Below, one piece after another: positions 38,183 to 52,967 of a stretch of 64,000 bases of DNA. Positions within the stretch are counted from its first letter, which is position 1, and each line of letters begins with the position of its first letter. This DNA is from Octopus sinensis. Its lineage: Eukaryota. The stretch covers positions 11,759,579 through 11,823,578 of the forward strand of contig NC_043026.1 in NCBI RefSeq assembly GCF_006345805.1, written 5' to 3'. Under the pieces are notes generated by a model that was not told the origin of the DNA, ran no database searches, and saw only the letters and a program-made list of their open reading frames with translations. The translations under genes and the position numbers were made by a program.

Positions 38183-38188
38183 TTTATT
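38183..38188 (-). promoter_or_regulatory. Putative polyadenylation signal of ZNF-D
   Basis: AATAAA at the paralogous position. Confidence 0.4.
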
Positions 38189-38389
38189 AGTCATGATTCT
38201 TGCCAAATATAACAATATTGGTTTCAACACAGTAAACAAACTGCAAATCTAAAGAAAATTGCTTTTATTAAAAAATATCACAGAGGTAAGTTATCTCAAG
38301 TTTTTAAGTGTTTTAATATAAAATAGTGTGGAGAGGTTGTTGTTATATACTGTTATGTCTCCTTTCCAATGTGAATATGTTTACAGTCA

Positions 38390-38563
<174 letters not shown>

Positions 38564-38861
38564 TCACTTCAGTAGGAACTTAAAATGATTTACCACACAC
38601 ATAACACTAAGGTGGTTTCTCCACTGTATGAGTATATTTGTGTTTTCTTAACTTACTACTTTTATAGAATGGTTTAACACAAATATCACAGAAATAAGGT
38701 TTCTCTCCTGTATGAATATATTTGTGCTTAGGCAAAGAATCAAAATGGGAGAATGATTTAACAGATATCACACTGGTATGTCTCTTCTCTTATATGTTTG
38801 CGTTTGTTAGGAGAATATTCTCAGTAAATGATTTACCATACACATAATGGTAATGTGGCTT

Positions 38862-40057
<1,196 letters not shown>

Positions 40058-40749
40058 GTCTTCAGGAAAAATTCAATTCCTTAAGTTTCTGCAATATTTT
40101 TTTCCCTCTCAAATCAAAATATGTCTATATTTCTATATATTTGTTATTGATTTTATTTCTATTGTTTTGCTTATAATCTCAGAGCAAATATGTCACTGGA
40201 ATTTCACAATGAATTTACAGAGACAGTGCTAGATATCTGTCCAATGTTACTTTTATCTCACTCCTATGAAAATTTATCCAAGTTTAATTAGAACACAAAA
40301 CTCATTTGGTATACACTCCAGATTATGATGCAGAAATTTTGCTAATAATCTCAATTCAGAGTAAAATGTCATTGGAATTTTACAATGAATTCATAGAAAC
40401 AGTGCTAGCTGTCTCCTCCATATAGCATTTACATTCAGTCTTTAAAAGATGGAAAGTTTTGAAGGTGCCTCTTCTGTTATGCCAATGTCATCTGTTATTC
40501 TGAAATAATGAAGAAACATCAGTGTAAAATATAGATACTACTTAAAAAATAGATTCAATAATTTTATCTAAACAGCATAGAAAATGAGTTATTAGCTAAT
40601 ATTCAATGATTATACCACAAAATTTAAATATAGAAAAATCATGCAAATTCCTAGATTACTTTATCTAGATTACTTGTTTCACACACATACACAAACTCTA
40701 ACATATTTTTTAGATTAGTTCTTTATCTCTCCACAACTTCGTTATCACT

Positions 40750-41160
40750 ACTCTTTTACTCTTTTACTTGTTTCAGTCATTTGACTGCGGCCATGCTGGA
40801 GCACCGCCTTTAGTCGAGCAAATCGACCCCCGGGACTTATTCTTTGTAAGCCCAGTACTTATTCTATCGGTCTCTTGTGCCGAACCGCTAAGTGACGGGG
40901 ACGTAAACACACCAGCATCGGTTGTTAAGCAATGCTAGGGGGACAAACACAGACACACAAACACACACACGCATATAAATATATATATACATATATACGA
41001 CAGGCTTCTTTCAGTTTCCGTCTACCAAATCCACTCACAAGGATTTGGTCGGCCCAAGGCTATAGCAGAAGACATTTGCCCAAGATGCCACGCAGTGGGA
41101 CTGAACCCAGAACCATGTGGCTGGTTAGCAAGCTACTGACCACACAGCCACTCCTGCGCC
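40750..41160 (-). mobile_element. SINE A, full length
   Basis: Family match. Confidence 0.88.
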
Positions 41161-41624
41161 TATATAACCTCTATAACCTCTGCATTTTCCCTTATTCTTT
41201 TCAAACTTGCTTGAATTTTCAATCTAATGTAATCCACACTCTCTCGAAAACGTTATCGAAAAATAGGGGTAAAGAAACAGCAAAAAAAATATTTGAAAAA
41301 TGGGCGAGGGGTCAAAATTCCGAGGATTCCACCCCACCACACCCCGTTTTCCAGACTAAAAAAAAAAAAAGAGAGGTTTGTGACATATTAGGAGGTCACC
41401 GTAATTCATTCAACGGAAACAATAAAAAAAGAAATTGGAAATGATTCCGAACAAAAATAAGGGGTTTGCGACATAAGGGGTCAGATTACTTGATTCCACG
41501 CAAAAACATCCGAGTTTTTTTTCTTTTCTTTTTTTCTTAGTGAAAATCGTGCGGGTGAAACGATCGACGTTTACTAAAAAAAAACAAAAACATTCGACGA
41601 CTTATAATAAAGCCTTAAGGCGAC

Positions 41625-42025
41625 GCGCTGGCAGAATCGTTAACACACCAGGCCAAACCTTCTTCACCTTCTAAGTTCAAATTCCGCCGACGATGAATTT
41701 ACTTTTTATCTTTTCAGGTCCCGATAAAATAAATACCTGTTTAGTACTAGGGTCGATGTAATCGACTTACTCACCAGCTAAATTGCTGGCCTTGTGACAA
41801 CATTTGAAACCAAATTATAATAAAGTCATTGATGTGTAATCATTTCTGCTCTAGGCACAAGGCCTGAAATTCTGGGGGAAGTCGATCGCATCGACCCCAG
41901 TACTCAACTGGTACTTAATCTATTGGCCCTGAAGGGATGAAAGGCAAAGTCGACCTCGGCGGAATTTGAACTCAGAACGCAGCGGCAGACGAAACACCGC
42001 TAAGCATTTCACCTGACGTGCTAAT
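41625..42025. mobile_element. Two degenerate SINE B copies in opposite orientation
   Basis: Family match. Confidence 0.65.
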
Positions 42026-42246
42026 ACAAAATATTTCTCAAACTAAATCACACAATTAAATTGGCAACGATGGACAGCCAACAAAGCAGGTTTCATAGCA
42101 AGAAATAGCGGCCAATTCACGCACAAATCAGACATGTTCCATGTATAAAAAAAAGGTACGATAGACTCAAACAATCGACATGTCAAAAACGAAGGACATC
42201 AACAGGATTAAATGATTAAACATTTTCATTGTTTAATAATACTTAC

Positions 42247-42810
42247 GGAAATGTTTTTTTATAAAGGATGGAGTTGTTATAACTGTGTGTGTGTATGGTA
42301 GTTGTGAAATGTACTATAACAAAGGTGGCAACAATGGACAGTCAACAAAATAGGCTTCGTAGCCAGAAATAGCAGCCAAATCACGCAGAAAGTAGGCAAA
42401 TTTCATGTATAAAATGTAGGACAGACACAAAGAATCAATTCGTCAAAAACAAATGACTACAATATTAAAAGACGAAATATTTTCATTGTTTAATTATACT
42501 TACAGAAATGTTGTTATAACTCTGTGTGTGGTAGTTGTGAAATATACTTTAAGTGTGTAGAATTGTTGATAAAAGGTATTATAACAGTGTTTGTGGTGGA
42601 CAAGAAATGTTCAAATAAAAGTGCGTGGTGCTTGATTAAAAGGAATTCATTAAGCAGACAAATATTTGGAAGTGAAGATAGAAACGGAAGCCAGTTTAAT
42701 GCGCATGCGTCTATTTTTTCGTGACCAATTTAACGGCAGCAGATTTAATGCGCATGTATATTTCTTTTCTTTGCGTATACAATTTGCGGGAGGTAACTCT
42801 CTTCCGAACC
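42247..42810 (-). promoter_or_regulatory. Putative first exon(s)/promoter of ZNF-D with a duplicated donor block
   Basis: GTAAGT donors at 42246 and 42503, GCGCATGCG at about 42700, motif at 42780-42809, acceptor at 40500. Confidence 0.6.
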
Positions 42811-42837
42811 CTTTTCTTTCAGCTTATCAGCATTAGT

Positions 42838-43560
42838 TAAGGGCTTAGATGAAGCAATGGAAACTGGCTCTGCGGCTCAGGTGAAGGCCAAGAGACTGGC
42901 GTTAAACTAGCACCTCGAAGCCAAACACATGGGGGTGCACTGTCAGGGCTAGGCTTCGTGCAGTGGGTTGTGAACGAATCAGGGCCGCAGGATGGGCCCG
43001 AGTGGTGGAAGCCCAACGTGTTAATGATGTCACAATCCGATCTTTGATGATCCAACGAGATTAGCTGATAGACGAGCCCAAGGAGATGTGTGAGGCTTTT
43101 CAGGAGCACTTCGCCCAGCTTTTCGTGGGGAGCGGCGGACCGGATAGTAGGGGGGACCTAACGGACTTCCTCGCCTCTCGATAATTGAGGCTATAACAGA
43201 CTGTGGAGCGGGTAAGGGGCCGGGACTGGATGGTCTACCCTATGAGTTGCATAAGAGTATGCCAGACTTGCTCGGGCACCTACTGTCGAATGTCTATGCG
43301 AACTGGCAGCAGAACGGGTCAATTCCAGACCTGTGCACCGGGGAGTGGTGGTGCTTGTCAGAAAGGACCCGGATAAGAGGGATTTCATTGATAATTTTTC
43401 GGCCCATCACTCTGCTAAATGTAGAGCTGAAGATTTTGGTCAAAGTGTTATCGAAAAGATTGGTGAGTGTCGCGGATGGTCTGATCGAAGAGGCAGACAT
43501 GTGCCGTTCCCGACAGAACCATCCAGGATAATTTCCATCTTCTACGGTACACTTTACAGG
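42838..43560 (+). mobile_element. Degenerate Tx1/L1-clade LINE RT fragment
   Basis: PGLDGLPYE and FRPITLLNVELKILVKVLSKRL motifs across frameshifts. Confidence 0.8.
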
Positions 43561-43988
43561 GGTTTAATAGTAATTCTGGCAATGGCAGAATTACTATTAA
43601 ACCCCTCAAAAAGTTATGAGGGAAGAACTCGGATCTTGTGAATTTTCCGAAGTCCTTTCCCTACCCTCCCGTTCCTTTGCACGCATTTTTTTTTATATTC
43701 GTTTCCTACACATTATTTTACACCCACTCCAGTATTTTTTTTTTCATTTCCGGGTCAAGATGTAAACATTAACCAAGAACCCCATTTTCCCAAAAGTTAC
43801 GAGGGAAAAACTCGGATCTTGTGAAATTTCCGAAGTCCTTTGACCCCACCCCATTGCTTTCCACGCATTTTTATTTTCATATTCGTTTCCTAAATATTTT
43901 TTTTTACACCCGTTGCACTATTTTTCAAGTTTAGGTTTTTCAGAGGTACAGTCCCCTAAAAATCCCCTGCGTATTATACTCAAGGGCG

Positions 43989-44412
43989 GGATCATTTCGG
44001 TTTGAACGGCAGTTTTTTAAAATAATTTCCACGTAGCTAAACACTTTTAAACTTCGTATACTGGTAGAATGTGTTTATAAAACATCTTTTTCTCTTGGTT
44101 TTATTGAGAAAATTCTATGGTTTGTAAGATATTTGTTGGTTTTTTTTCTTCAATTTCTGCAATTTCAACCAATCAATGACGTCTATTGAGGTGAAAACAT
44201 TCTGTGCCGTATGAATATGTCCCTCGTTTAAGAAACAGATTGGGTTTATTTACATTTCTGAAGAAAGAAAAAAAAGATTCCCTCCCCCCCCCCCTTAACC
44301 CTAATCCTAAAACAGATTGAAATGCAATAGATCGATACTAGGGTCATAATTATGGGTGACAATTTCATATGACACCGCTAGAAAAAAACTGCCGTTCAAA
44401 CCGAAAAGATCC
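43989..44412. mobile_element. MITE with GG termini and 8-bp TSD (Merlin- or hAT-like); partial copies at 263-480 and 59763-59965
   Basis: GGATC(A/T)TTTCGGTTTGAACGGCAG TIRs; CAAGGGCG on both flanks. Confidence 0.8.
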
Positions 44413-44589
44413 CAAGGGCGGACTATACTCGAGGATTTACGGTATTATAAAGAATACAACTACCTCCATCACGACTGCCAAAACTACTAACAACAACAAC
44501 ACCACTCCCACCACTACTACTATTATACCATAGCCAGATGGTAACCATGGTGATTTACATGAAACTATTACTTTCATTTTTGTCAGAGA

Positions 44590-44742
44590 ACAGAGGTTTG
44601 TCACATGACTGTTGATACTTCCGGTTTCTTCTGCAGCCATCTTGCTTGATGCTGAGAAATCCTTCGTTTTGTCTTCAGAAGATTTTGGGATCAACCATTA
44701 AATCTATTATTGCACAAACTATAGATTTATATGCCGCAAAAG
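44590..44742 (+). promoter_or_regulatory. Putative first exon/promoter of ZNF-E (intron about 44743-48326)
   Basis: CTTCCGG (Ets-type) and GCCATCTT (YY1-type) motifs followed by an AAG|GTAAGA donor; the conserved acceptor TTATTTCAG ends at 48326. Confidence 0.5.
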
Positions 44743-44974
44743 GTAAGATATACATACATATATATATATTTGCGTGTAGACATGCATATATGCATACACA
44801 CGTATTCATACATTAAACTTGTCAAACAATGTCTGTGAAAAAACGATCGCGGCTGCAAATTGATTGAACTCGCGTTTAATCGATTTTAATTGCCTCGTAA
44901 AAAGAATGAGGTCCTTTGTAAATGGCGAGTAAAATTTTTAGAACATTTCTCTTGAGTTCAGTGGAAACTAGTGA

Positions 44975-44984
44975 GCTTTCTTCG

Positions 44985-45016
<32 letters not shown>

Positions 45017-45130
45017 CCTCCTCCTCCTCTCACCCTATCTCTCCCTCCCTCCCCTCCTCCTTCTCTCACCCTATCTCTCTCTCCCTCCCTCCCTCTCTCC
45101 CTCTCTCCCCCTCTCTCCCTCTCTCTCTCT
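44975..45130. repeat. CT-rich low-complexity tract with short internal duplications
   Basis: Read directly from the sequence. Confidence 0.9.
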
Positions 45131-45182
45131 GTTTTTGCGTTAACTAATCTGGTTTCCGAACATGTCGCAAATTAATTTTTTA

Positions 45183-45607
45183 GGCAATCTTTCGTCTCTA
45201 GTAGACCTTTCCGTCGATTTCCGTAAAAAAATTTTTTTTTTTTTTTACATATGGGCTTGTGGGAACTTTTGAAGTAATGAGAGCGAAAGAGACTAAGAGA
45301 AAGCGATTGTATGACGAGGGAAGTTCTTTTGAAGTTACCGTGCATGGCAAGCATTGATGTACATTTGTGTGTGTGTGTGTTTGATGGGATGTGGGAGACA
45401 GACAGTATGTTGTGTAAGTGAAGTGCTTCTGTTAGTGTGTGTGAAGAGACAGAGTAATGTGTGAAAGAAAGAGATAACTGAAATTTTTTACTCGGTGTAT
45501 GTGTATATGTATGTATATTACTTCAAAAGTTCCCGCAAGCCCATATGTAAAATAAAAATTTTTTTACGGAAATCGACGGAAAGGTCTACTAGAGACGAAA
45601 GATTGCC
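45183..45607. mobile_element. MITE with ~95-bp TIRs
   Basis: Direct match to 2160-2585. Confidence 0.82.
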
Positions 45608-46666
45608 GAAAAAAATTTTTTTCCTAGTCGTGTGAATTCTTTGTGTAAAATACAAATTCGTAAAAATTTTCTGAAAATTCCCCCGAAATAAAAAAGGAAG
45701 AATTCCGCTCGAATATGATCTCCAAATCAGTCGGAAACGACCAATCTGTATAGAGACAAGAGGCAGAAAGACCATCGGAGTTTTGCAGACCTACACCTCG
45801 CTTGCCTTTGTTGGGAAATAATGTTTTTGTCAGTTTTTTTTTTTTTTTTGCGTGAGTTATCAAGGTACCTGACCCCCAAACACGCTGCAACCGACCTTGG
45901 GGGGGGGGGATACTCGGACCTCCTTCCTCTGTTTTCTTTACGATATGTAATTTTTTTTTTTTCGTGTGTCATCAATGAATCGGGTCTTCGAAATAGTTGC
46001 TGATGGTTCGTGTTTTAGTTAAACATGGGTGGGGTGGGCCTTAGATGATACTCATGTGATTTGAAAAGCAACGAAATTACCATATGCAGTAGAATGGCAT
46101 TTCTAATAATATGAGAGAGAGAGAGACGGATGCAGACAGAACCATTTCTATTGGATGGATGAGAGAGAAAGAGAGAGATTTAAATATTCAATTAATTTTA
46201 CTTGACGTGTGTGATACACTAAATTCAGTCGAGGAAAACTACTACAGAGATGTCTCTGTGTGAAAATTGGGATTCTACCTTTTGGCAATTCCGTAGAAGG
46301 GATCTCGGCGGGGTTTGAAACCAGGACGTTTGCATAAATTGCAGTTTCTCTATTTTGATGGGTATTCACAGCCTTCGAAACGATGAATGGGAAAAAAAAA
46401 AAAATTTAAGATTTTTATTTTAACCTCCATCCAGACAGATTTTGGCCATTTTTTTTTTTTTGCACTACGATGGGAGAAGTCTTTTCGATAAAATGAATAA
46501 ATAAAATAAACATTAAATAATTTTGAACATTTTTTTCAAAAGAAAAGGTGTGCGATTCTAAGAAGATTTAGCTGCCGTTGCTAGCACATCCTACGATCAC
46601 TTGGTACCTTCCTCGTTTCTTAGTCGCTCTGACGTGTATTGATGTTTTCAATATTTTTTTTTCCCT

Positions 46667-47065
46667 TTACTCTTTTACTTGTTTCAGTCATTTGACTACG
46701 GCCATGCTGGAGCACCACCTTTAATCGAACAACTCGACCCCGGGACTTATTCTTTTGTAAGCCCAGTACTTATTCTATCAGTCTCTTTTGCTGAACCGCT
46801 AAGTACCGGGGACATAAACACACCAGCATTGATTGTCAAGCAATGCTAGGGGTACAAACACAGACAAACACACACACGCATATATATATATATATATATA
46901 TACGACGGGCTTCTTTCGGTTTCCGTCTACCAAATCCACTCACAAGGCTTTGGTCGGCCCGAGGCTATAGTAGAAGACACTTGCCCAAGATGCCACGCAG
47001 TGGGACTGAACCCGGAAGCATGTGGTTGGTAAACAAGCTACTTCCCACACAGCCACTCCTGCGCC
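46667..47065 (-). mobile_element. SINE A, full length
   Basis: Family match. Confidence 0.88.
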
Positions 47066-47711
47066 TGTAAACACATTTTATGGAATGATGGATCATTGCT
47101 GGAGTTTAAGCAACAAAAAAAAATTGTAATTTTCAATCCCCTCTCCCTCTGCACCAAGCAAGTCCATGTCTGTGCTTGTGTAAGAGAAAACATGTTTACC
47201 AACAGACAAATATACTATTAAAATAGGGTAACTATTTAAGAAGAGCGGTCCCGGTGCGCGCACTCACGTACTCATGCATCCGTGCTAGCTAGTCGTGACT
47301 AGTCGATCCTACGACTACCTAGCAAAGAAAATAAAACTGACTCTTTCTGATAGGAGGCACAAACACTTACACACATGTACCTACTAGGGATACAAGTTTT
47401 TTACAACTCCATAGTCCCTTATCATATTCTGATGAGCTTTTGCTAGAAAACAATGAAAATCAATGTTTCTTTTTTTTTTTTTGTATTTGATCAAAAAAGT
47501 TCACCCATGACTGAACTTTGAAATTTTTATACTTAGGTGCACTTGGGTGGATTTCCAAAAACTAGAATCCTGGTTGAATAATAAACAAAAACTGGGGAAA
47601 AGATCCAAAATGTTTAATCCATAACTGTTAAAAGGACTGCATTCTGCATTCCAGAACAATAAAAAGAAAGTAAGTCATATAAAATCAAATTAGTCAATAG
47701 TCAAGTACAAG

Positions 47712-48150
47712 GTGTACTTACTTACTTGTACTTGTGGCGACATTCACCCTGGGCGGGTTGAGTCGGCTTCTTCCACCACCCTCGAGGCATTGTATTCGCC
47801 ATTGAGAATTCATGGGAGAAGTTTCGTGGGAATATGTGGATTTGACAAGCGTTCCCCAACAATCCCGCATGTAGAGACATCCTGTTTGCTGCAGATTGTC
47901 CACAGACGCAGGGGCAGAACGACTGAGGAGCCGCCGGTTGCCGAAACAGACACTCCGAGGATTTTCACCAGAGCCCCGTCTGCCGGGTTGTGGCCCTAAT
48001 ACCTCTCGGTGTCAGACCAATCCGCCTTGGGTGGCCCTACCAGGAACCGAAGTTCCTGACGGCATAGCTCTGACACTACCCGTTGCCAGTGTCCCCACCA
48101 CAGTGAGGAGGGGATGGACCTTGGGGACGCATTGTGAAGGTGTAGCTCTT
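47712..48150 (-). mobile_element. Probable RTE-derived short element in the ZNF-E intron
   Basis: GC-rich island with an (AGTA)n-like tail and a GGTAGGGCCACCCAAGGC leader-like segment. Confidence 0.35.
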
Positions 48151-48742
48151 GTTTGCTAATATGTAAGCTTCGCAGAGAGTTTTGTGATGTAGATTTTAGT
48201 GAATTAAAACATTCAGTTAAGGTAAATCTTTATTTCTTCAATTTATCTTTATAGAAATGTTATAAATTTGAATCTATTCTTTAAGTAACCTCTGTATCTT
48301 AAAGTGTTGTTTATTTATTATTTCAGAATATCAGATGACACTGGCATAGCAGAAGATGCAGCTTTGATATTTATCTTTTGAAGACTGACTGAAAATGCTA
48401 TATGGGACGGATATTTAACACTGTGTCTATAAATTTATCATAGAGTTCAAGTGACATATTTGCAGTGAACTGAGATTATTAGCAACATTTCTGTGCGTTA
48501 TAATCTGGAATGTGTACAAAATGTGTGTGCTAATTTCATTTGGGCAAATTTTCAAGCATTTTTAGATAAAGATAAGACTGGAGAGAGATATTGAAGTTGA
48601 AAAACTTTGTAATGAATAAATTATAAAAGCAAAAATTGCAACAAATATACATAGAGGGAAATATGTATATACATATTGAGATTTGAGGTGAAAAATATTG
48701 AAAAACTGAGAAAATTAAGGAATTGATTCTTTTCCTGAAGAC

Positions 48743-50863
48743 ATGCCTAAAGATACAAGAAAACCATCACATGACTGTGATATCTGTAAAAAGTCATTCT
48801 CTCAAAAGTGTAATCTAACTAGCCATAAACTTATTCACACAGGTGAGAAGCCATATCGCTGTGATATCTGTGGTGAATCATTCTCTGTACGTAGCAGTCT
48901 AACCACACATGTACGTGTACATACAGGAGAAAAGCCATATCAGTGTGATATCTGTGGTAAATCATTCTCTGTACGTGGTAGCTTAACAACACATAAGCAT
49001 GTTCATACAGGAGAGAAGCCATATCAGTGTGATATCTGTGGTAAATCATTCTCTGTACATGGCAGCCTAACAACACATGTACGTGTACACACAGGAGAGA
49101 AGCCATATCAGTGTGATATCTGTGGTAAATCATTCTCTGTGCGTAGTAGCTTAACAACACATAAACATGTACACACAGGAGAAAAGCCATATCAGTGTGA
49201 TATCTGTGGCATATCATTCACTGAAACTGGTCACTTAACGGTACACAAACGTGTTCATACAGGAGAGAAACCATATTGCTGCGATGTCTGTGGTAAATCA
49301 TTCTCTCGGAATGGTAACCTAACGAAACACAAACGAATTCATACAGGAGAGAAGCCATATCACTGTGATATCTGTGGTAAATCATTCCCTGGCAGTGGTG
49401 ACTTAACTACACACAAACGTAGTCATACCGGAGAGAAGCCGTATCATTGTGGTATCTGTGGTAAATCATTTTCTGCAAAGTGTGCTTTAACTTCTCACCA
49501 AAGTGTGCATACAGGCGAGAAGCCATTTCACTGTGATGTCTGTGGTAAATCATTCTCTCGAATTAATTACTTAGCTGCTCACAAGCGTATTCATACAGGA
49601 GAGAAGCCATATCACTGTGATATCTGCGGTAAATCATTCAGTCAAGGCAATGACTTGACTAAGCACCACCGTATTCATACAGGGGAGAAGCCTTATCACT
49701 GTGAAATCTGTGGTAAATCATTCTATGGAAGTAGTGAATTAACTGGCCACAAACGTCTTCATACAGGAGAGAAGCGGTACCGTTGTGATATCTGTGGTAA
49801 ATCATTCACTCGAAATACAACCTTAACTACTCACAAACGAATTCATACAGGAGATAAGCCATATCAGTGTGATATCTGTAGTAAATCATTCTCCCAAATT
49901 GTCAACTTGACTGTGCACAAGCGTATCCATACAGGAGAGAAGCCGTATCGGTGTGATATCTGCAGCAAATCATTCTCTGTAATTCATAGCTTAAAACTAC
50001 ACAAACGTATTCATACAGGAGAGAAGCCATATCAATGTGATATCTGTGGTAAATCATTTAGTGCAAGCCTTAACTTAAAACGACACAAACGTATCCACAC
50101 AGGAGAGAAGCCATATCAGTGTGATATCTGTGGTAAATCATTCTCTGTACGTAGTAGCTTAACAACACATAGACGTATTCATACAGGAGAAAAGCCATAT
50201 CGCTGTGTTATCTGTGGTAAATCATTTTCTGAAAGTATTCACTTAACATCACACAAACAGATTCATGTAAAAGGAGAGACATATCAGTGTGATATCTGTG
50301 GTAAATCATTCTCCCAAATTCGTAATGTTACTAAGCACAAACGTATTCATACCGGAGAGAAGCCATATCAGTGTATTTTCTGTGGTAAATCATTCTGTGG
50401 AAGTGGTGAGTTAACTCTACACAAGCGTACTCATACAGGAGAGAAGCCATACCAATGTGATATCTGCGGTAAATCATTCTCTGGAGGTAGTGAGTTAACT
50501 ATACATAAACGTATTCATACAGGGAAGAAGCCATTTCACTGTGAGGTTTGTGGTAAGTCGTTCTCTCAAAGTAGTAATTTAATAACACACAAACGCATTC
50601 ATTCAGGGGAGAAACCATATCAGTGTGATATCTGTGGTAAATCATTTACTGTCAATAGTACCCTAATTTACCACAAACGTATTCACACAGGAGAGAAGCC
50701 ATACCAGTGCGATATCTGTAGTAAATCATTCTCCGTAAAAAGTACCTTAATAATACATAAACGTATTCATACAGGAGAAAAGCCTTATCATTGTGATATT
50801 TGCAGTAAATCATTCTCTGAAAGTAGTAAGCTAAAAGTACATAAACGTGTTCACACAGGCTAG
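48743..50863 (+). CDS. C2H2 zinc-finger protein ZNF-E, 706 aa, 25 tandem fingers
   Basis: Uninterrupted ORF with the same start context as the minus-strand paralogues; stop TAG falls at the linker Glu position. Confidence 0.94.
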   Translation: MPKDTRKPSHDCDICKKSFSQKCNLTSHKLIHTGEKPYRCDICGESFSVRSSLTTHVRVHTGEKPYQCDICGKSFSVRGSLTTHKHVHTGEKPYQCDICGKSFSVHGSLTTHVRVHTGEKPYQCDICGKSFSVRSSLTTHKHVHTGEKPYQCDICGISFTETGHLTVHKRVHTGEKPYCCDVCGKSFSRNGNLTKHKRIHTGEKPYHCDICGKSFPGSGDLTTHKRSHTGEKPYHCGICGKSFSAKCALTSHQSVHTGEKPFHCDVCGKSFSRINYLAAHKRIHTGEKPYHCDICGKSFSQGNDLTKHHRIHTGEKPYHCEICGKSFYGSSELTGHKRLHTGEKRYRCDICGKSFTRNTTLTTHKRIHTGDKPYQCDICSKSFSQIVNLTVHKRIHTGEKPYRCDICSKSFSVIHSLKLHKRIHTGEKPYQCDICGKSFSASLNLKRHKRIHTGEKPYQCDICGKSFSVRSSLTTHRRIHTGEKPYRCVICGKSFSESIHLTSHKQIHVKGETYQCDICGKSFSQIRNVTKHKRIHTGEKPYQCIFCGKSFCGSGELTLHKRTHTGEKPYQCDICGKSFSGGSELTIHKRIHTGKKPFHCEVCGKSFSQSSNLITHKRIHSGEKPYQCDICGKSFTVNSTLIYHKRIHTGEKPYQCDICSKSFSVKSTLIIHKRIHTGEKPYHCDICSKSFSESSKLKVHKRVHTG

Positions 50864-50921
50864 AAGCCACACCATTGTTATATATATGGTAAATCATTCC
50901 CTCAAATTAGTAGCTTAATAG

Positions 50922-51029
<108 letters not shown>

Positions 51030-51052
51030 TAGAAGCCACATCACTGTGACGT

Positions 51053-51535
51053 CATCATCATCGCTTAGCGTCCGCTTTCCATGCTAGCATGGGTTGGACG
51101 GTTTGACTGGGGTCTGGGAAACCAGAAGGATGCACCAGGCTCCAGTCTGATCTGGCAGTGTTTCTACTGCTGGATGCCCTTTCTAATGCCAGCCACTCCG
51201 TGAGTGTAGTGGGTGGTTTTTATGTGCCAGGCAGGGCTGGCAATGGCCACGATCGGATGGTGCTTTTTATGTGCCACCGGCACAGGTGCCAGGTGGTGCT
51301 GGCAAATGGCCACAATCGGATGGTGCTTTTTACGTGCCACTGGCACAAGGGGCTGGCAACGGCCACGATCGGATGGTGCTTTTTACGTGCCACTGGCACG
51401 AAGCCAGTCGGGGCAGCGCTGGCAACGGCCACATTCGGATGGTTCTCTTACATACCACCGGCACTGGTATCACAGCTGCAATTTCCACTAATGTTGATCG
51501 ATTTCGATTCTCACTTGCCTCAACAGGTCTTCACA
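51053..51535 (-). mobile_element. Family C element in the ZNF-E 3' UTR
   Basis: Family match with internal 40-60-bp repeats. Confidence 0.8.
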
Positions 51536-51840
51536 AGTAGAGTTTTGTGTCCCCAGAAGGAAGTGATATTTCTGGTAAATCATTCTCTCAAAGATATAGC
51601 TTAGCTGGACATGTGTGTATTCCTACAGGAGTGTAACTGTATCAGTGAAAATTCTTAACACATCATCAAACATTTTAATTTCCTTCTGAAGTGAAGTGGG
51701 CTTAGCATTGTGGACTTTATCCACGCAACAACCAAGCCCTTCATTGTGGTTCTCTTTCTGAGGTTTTCTTTTATAGCTGGTTGAACTTTCAATAATGTAA
51801 CCTTTTCTATGAAAAAAAAAAAAAAACCATCTGTAAATAT

Positions 51841-52494
51841 GCGGGAAGCACTCCGTCGGTTCCGACGACGAGGGTTCCGGTTGATCCGAATCAATGGAAC
51901 AGCCTGCTCGTGAAATTAACGTGTAAATGGCTGAGCACTCCACAGACACGTGCACCCTTAACGTAGTTCTCGGGGATATTCAGCGTGACACAGAGAGTGA
52001 CAAGGCCGGCCCTTTGAAATACAGGTACAACAGAAACAGGAAGTAAGAGAAAGTTGTGGTGAAAGAGTACAGCAGGGATCACCACCGTCCCCTGCCGGAG
52101 CCTCGGATGGAAGCACTCAGTCGGTTACGACGACGAGGGTTCCGGTTGATCCGAATCAACGGAACAGCCTGCTCGTGAAATTAACGTGTAAGTGGCTGAG
52201 CACTCCACAGACATGTGTACCCTTAACGTAGTTCTCGGGGGGATATTCAGCGTGACACAGAGAGTGACAAGGCCGGCCCCTTGAAATACAGGTACAACAG
52301 AAACAGGAAGTAAGAGTGAGAGAAAGTTGTGGTGAAAGAGTACAGCAGGGATCACCACCATCCCCTGCCGGAGCCTCGCGGAGCTTTTAGGTGTTTTCGC
52401 TCAATAAACACTCACAACGCCCGGTCTGGGAATCGAAACTGCGATCCTATGACCGCAAGTCCGCTGCCCTAACCACTGGACCATTGCGCCTCCA
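51841..52494 (-). mobile_element. tRNA(Arg-like)-SINE with a duplicated 3' body, in the ZNF-E 3' region
   Basis: Head GGAGGCGCAATGGTCCAGTGGTTAGG..TTCGATTCC; 13-bp TSD CATCTGTAAATAT encloses both bodies. Confidence 0.85.
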
Positions 52495-52594
52495 CATCTG
52501 TAAATATATTCACATTAGAAAGGAGACATAACTGTGTAAGCTTCCTCACACTGTATTTTATATTAACACAACTAAACACTGTTGTGATAACTTC

Positions 52595-52795
52595 GAGCTG
52601 GCAGAAACGTTAGCGCGCCGGGCGAAATGCTTAGCGGTATTTCGTCTGTCGTTACGTTCTGAGTTCAAATTCTGCCCAGGTCGTCTTTGCCTTTCATCCT
52701 TTCGGGGTCGATAAATAAAGTACCAGTCTCACACTGGGGTCGATGTAATCGACTTAATCCCGTTGTTTAGCCTCTTGTGGGCAATAAAGAAATAT
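52595..52795 (+). mobile_element. SINE B
   Basis: Family match. Confidence 0.82.
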
Positions 52796-52967
52796 ATTTC
52801 TGTGATATTCTTAATAAAAGCAATTTCCTCCAGATTTTGAATTTGTTTATTGTCTGTTGAAACCAATATTATATTTGGGAAGAATCATAATTATTAAAGC
52901 CTGTAAACACATTCACCTGTTGTTGTTTGTCTCTATTTCTCTATTTATTTTCAAAGCAGTTGGTGTT

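Noticed and set aside
44437-44694. Minus-strand ORF containing MAAEETGS after AAGATGG
   Set aside because: Short, runs into a low-complexity tract, and is better explained as the reverse of a YY1/Ets promoter motif.
47230-47310. CpG-rich block repeated at 59615-59697, possibly a TTAA-targeting transposon end
   Set aside because: No partner terminus or TSD is identifiable within the window, so it was left unannotated.
47423-47455. CTGATGAGCTTTTGCTAGAAAA hammerhead-like string
   Set aside because: There are extra bases before GAAA and no credible stems I/III; likely chance in AT-rich DNA.
47915-47995. CTGAGGA...GCCGAAACAGAC hammerhead-like string
   Set aside because: Stem II pairs poorly, the U16.1 position is C and stem I is not complementary; at best a decayed relic.
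48831-50897. Antisense ORFs over the ZNF genes (MIYHRYH.. repeats; also 18585-19487 and 33546-33731)
   Set aside because: They are shadow frames of the 84-bp finger repeat.
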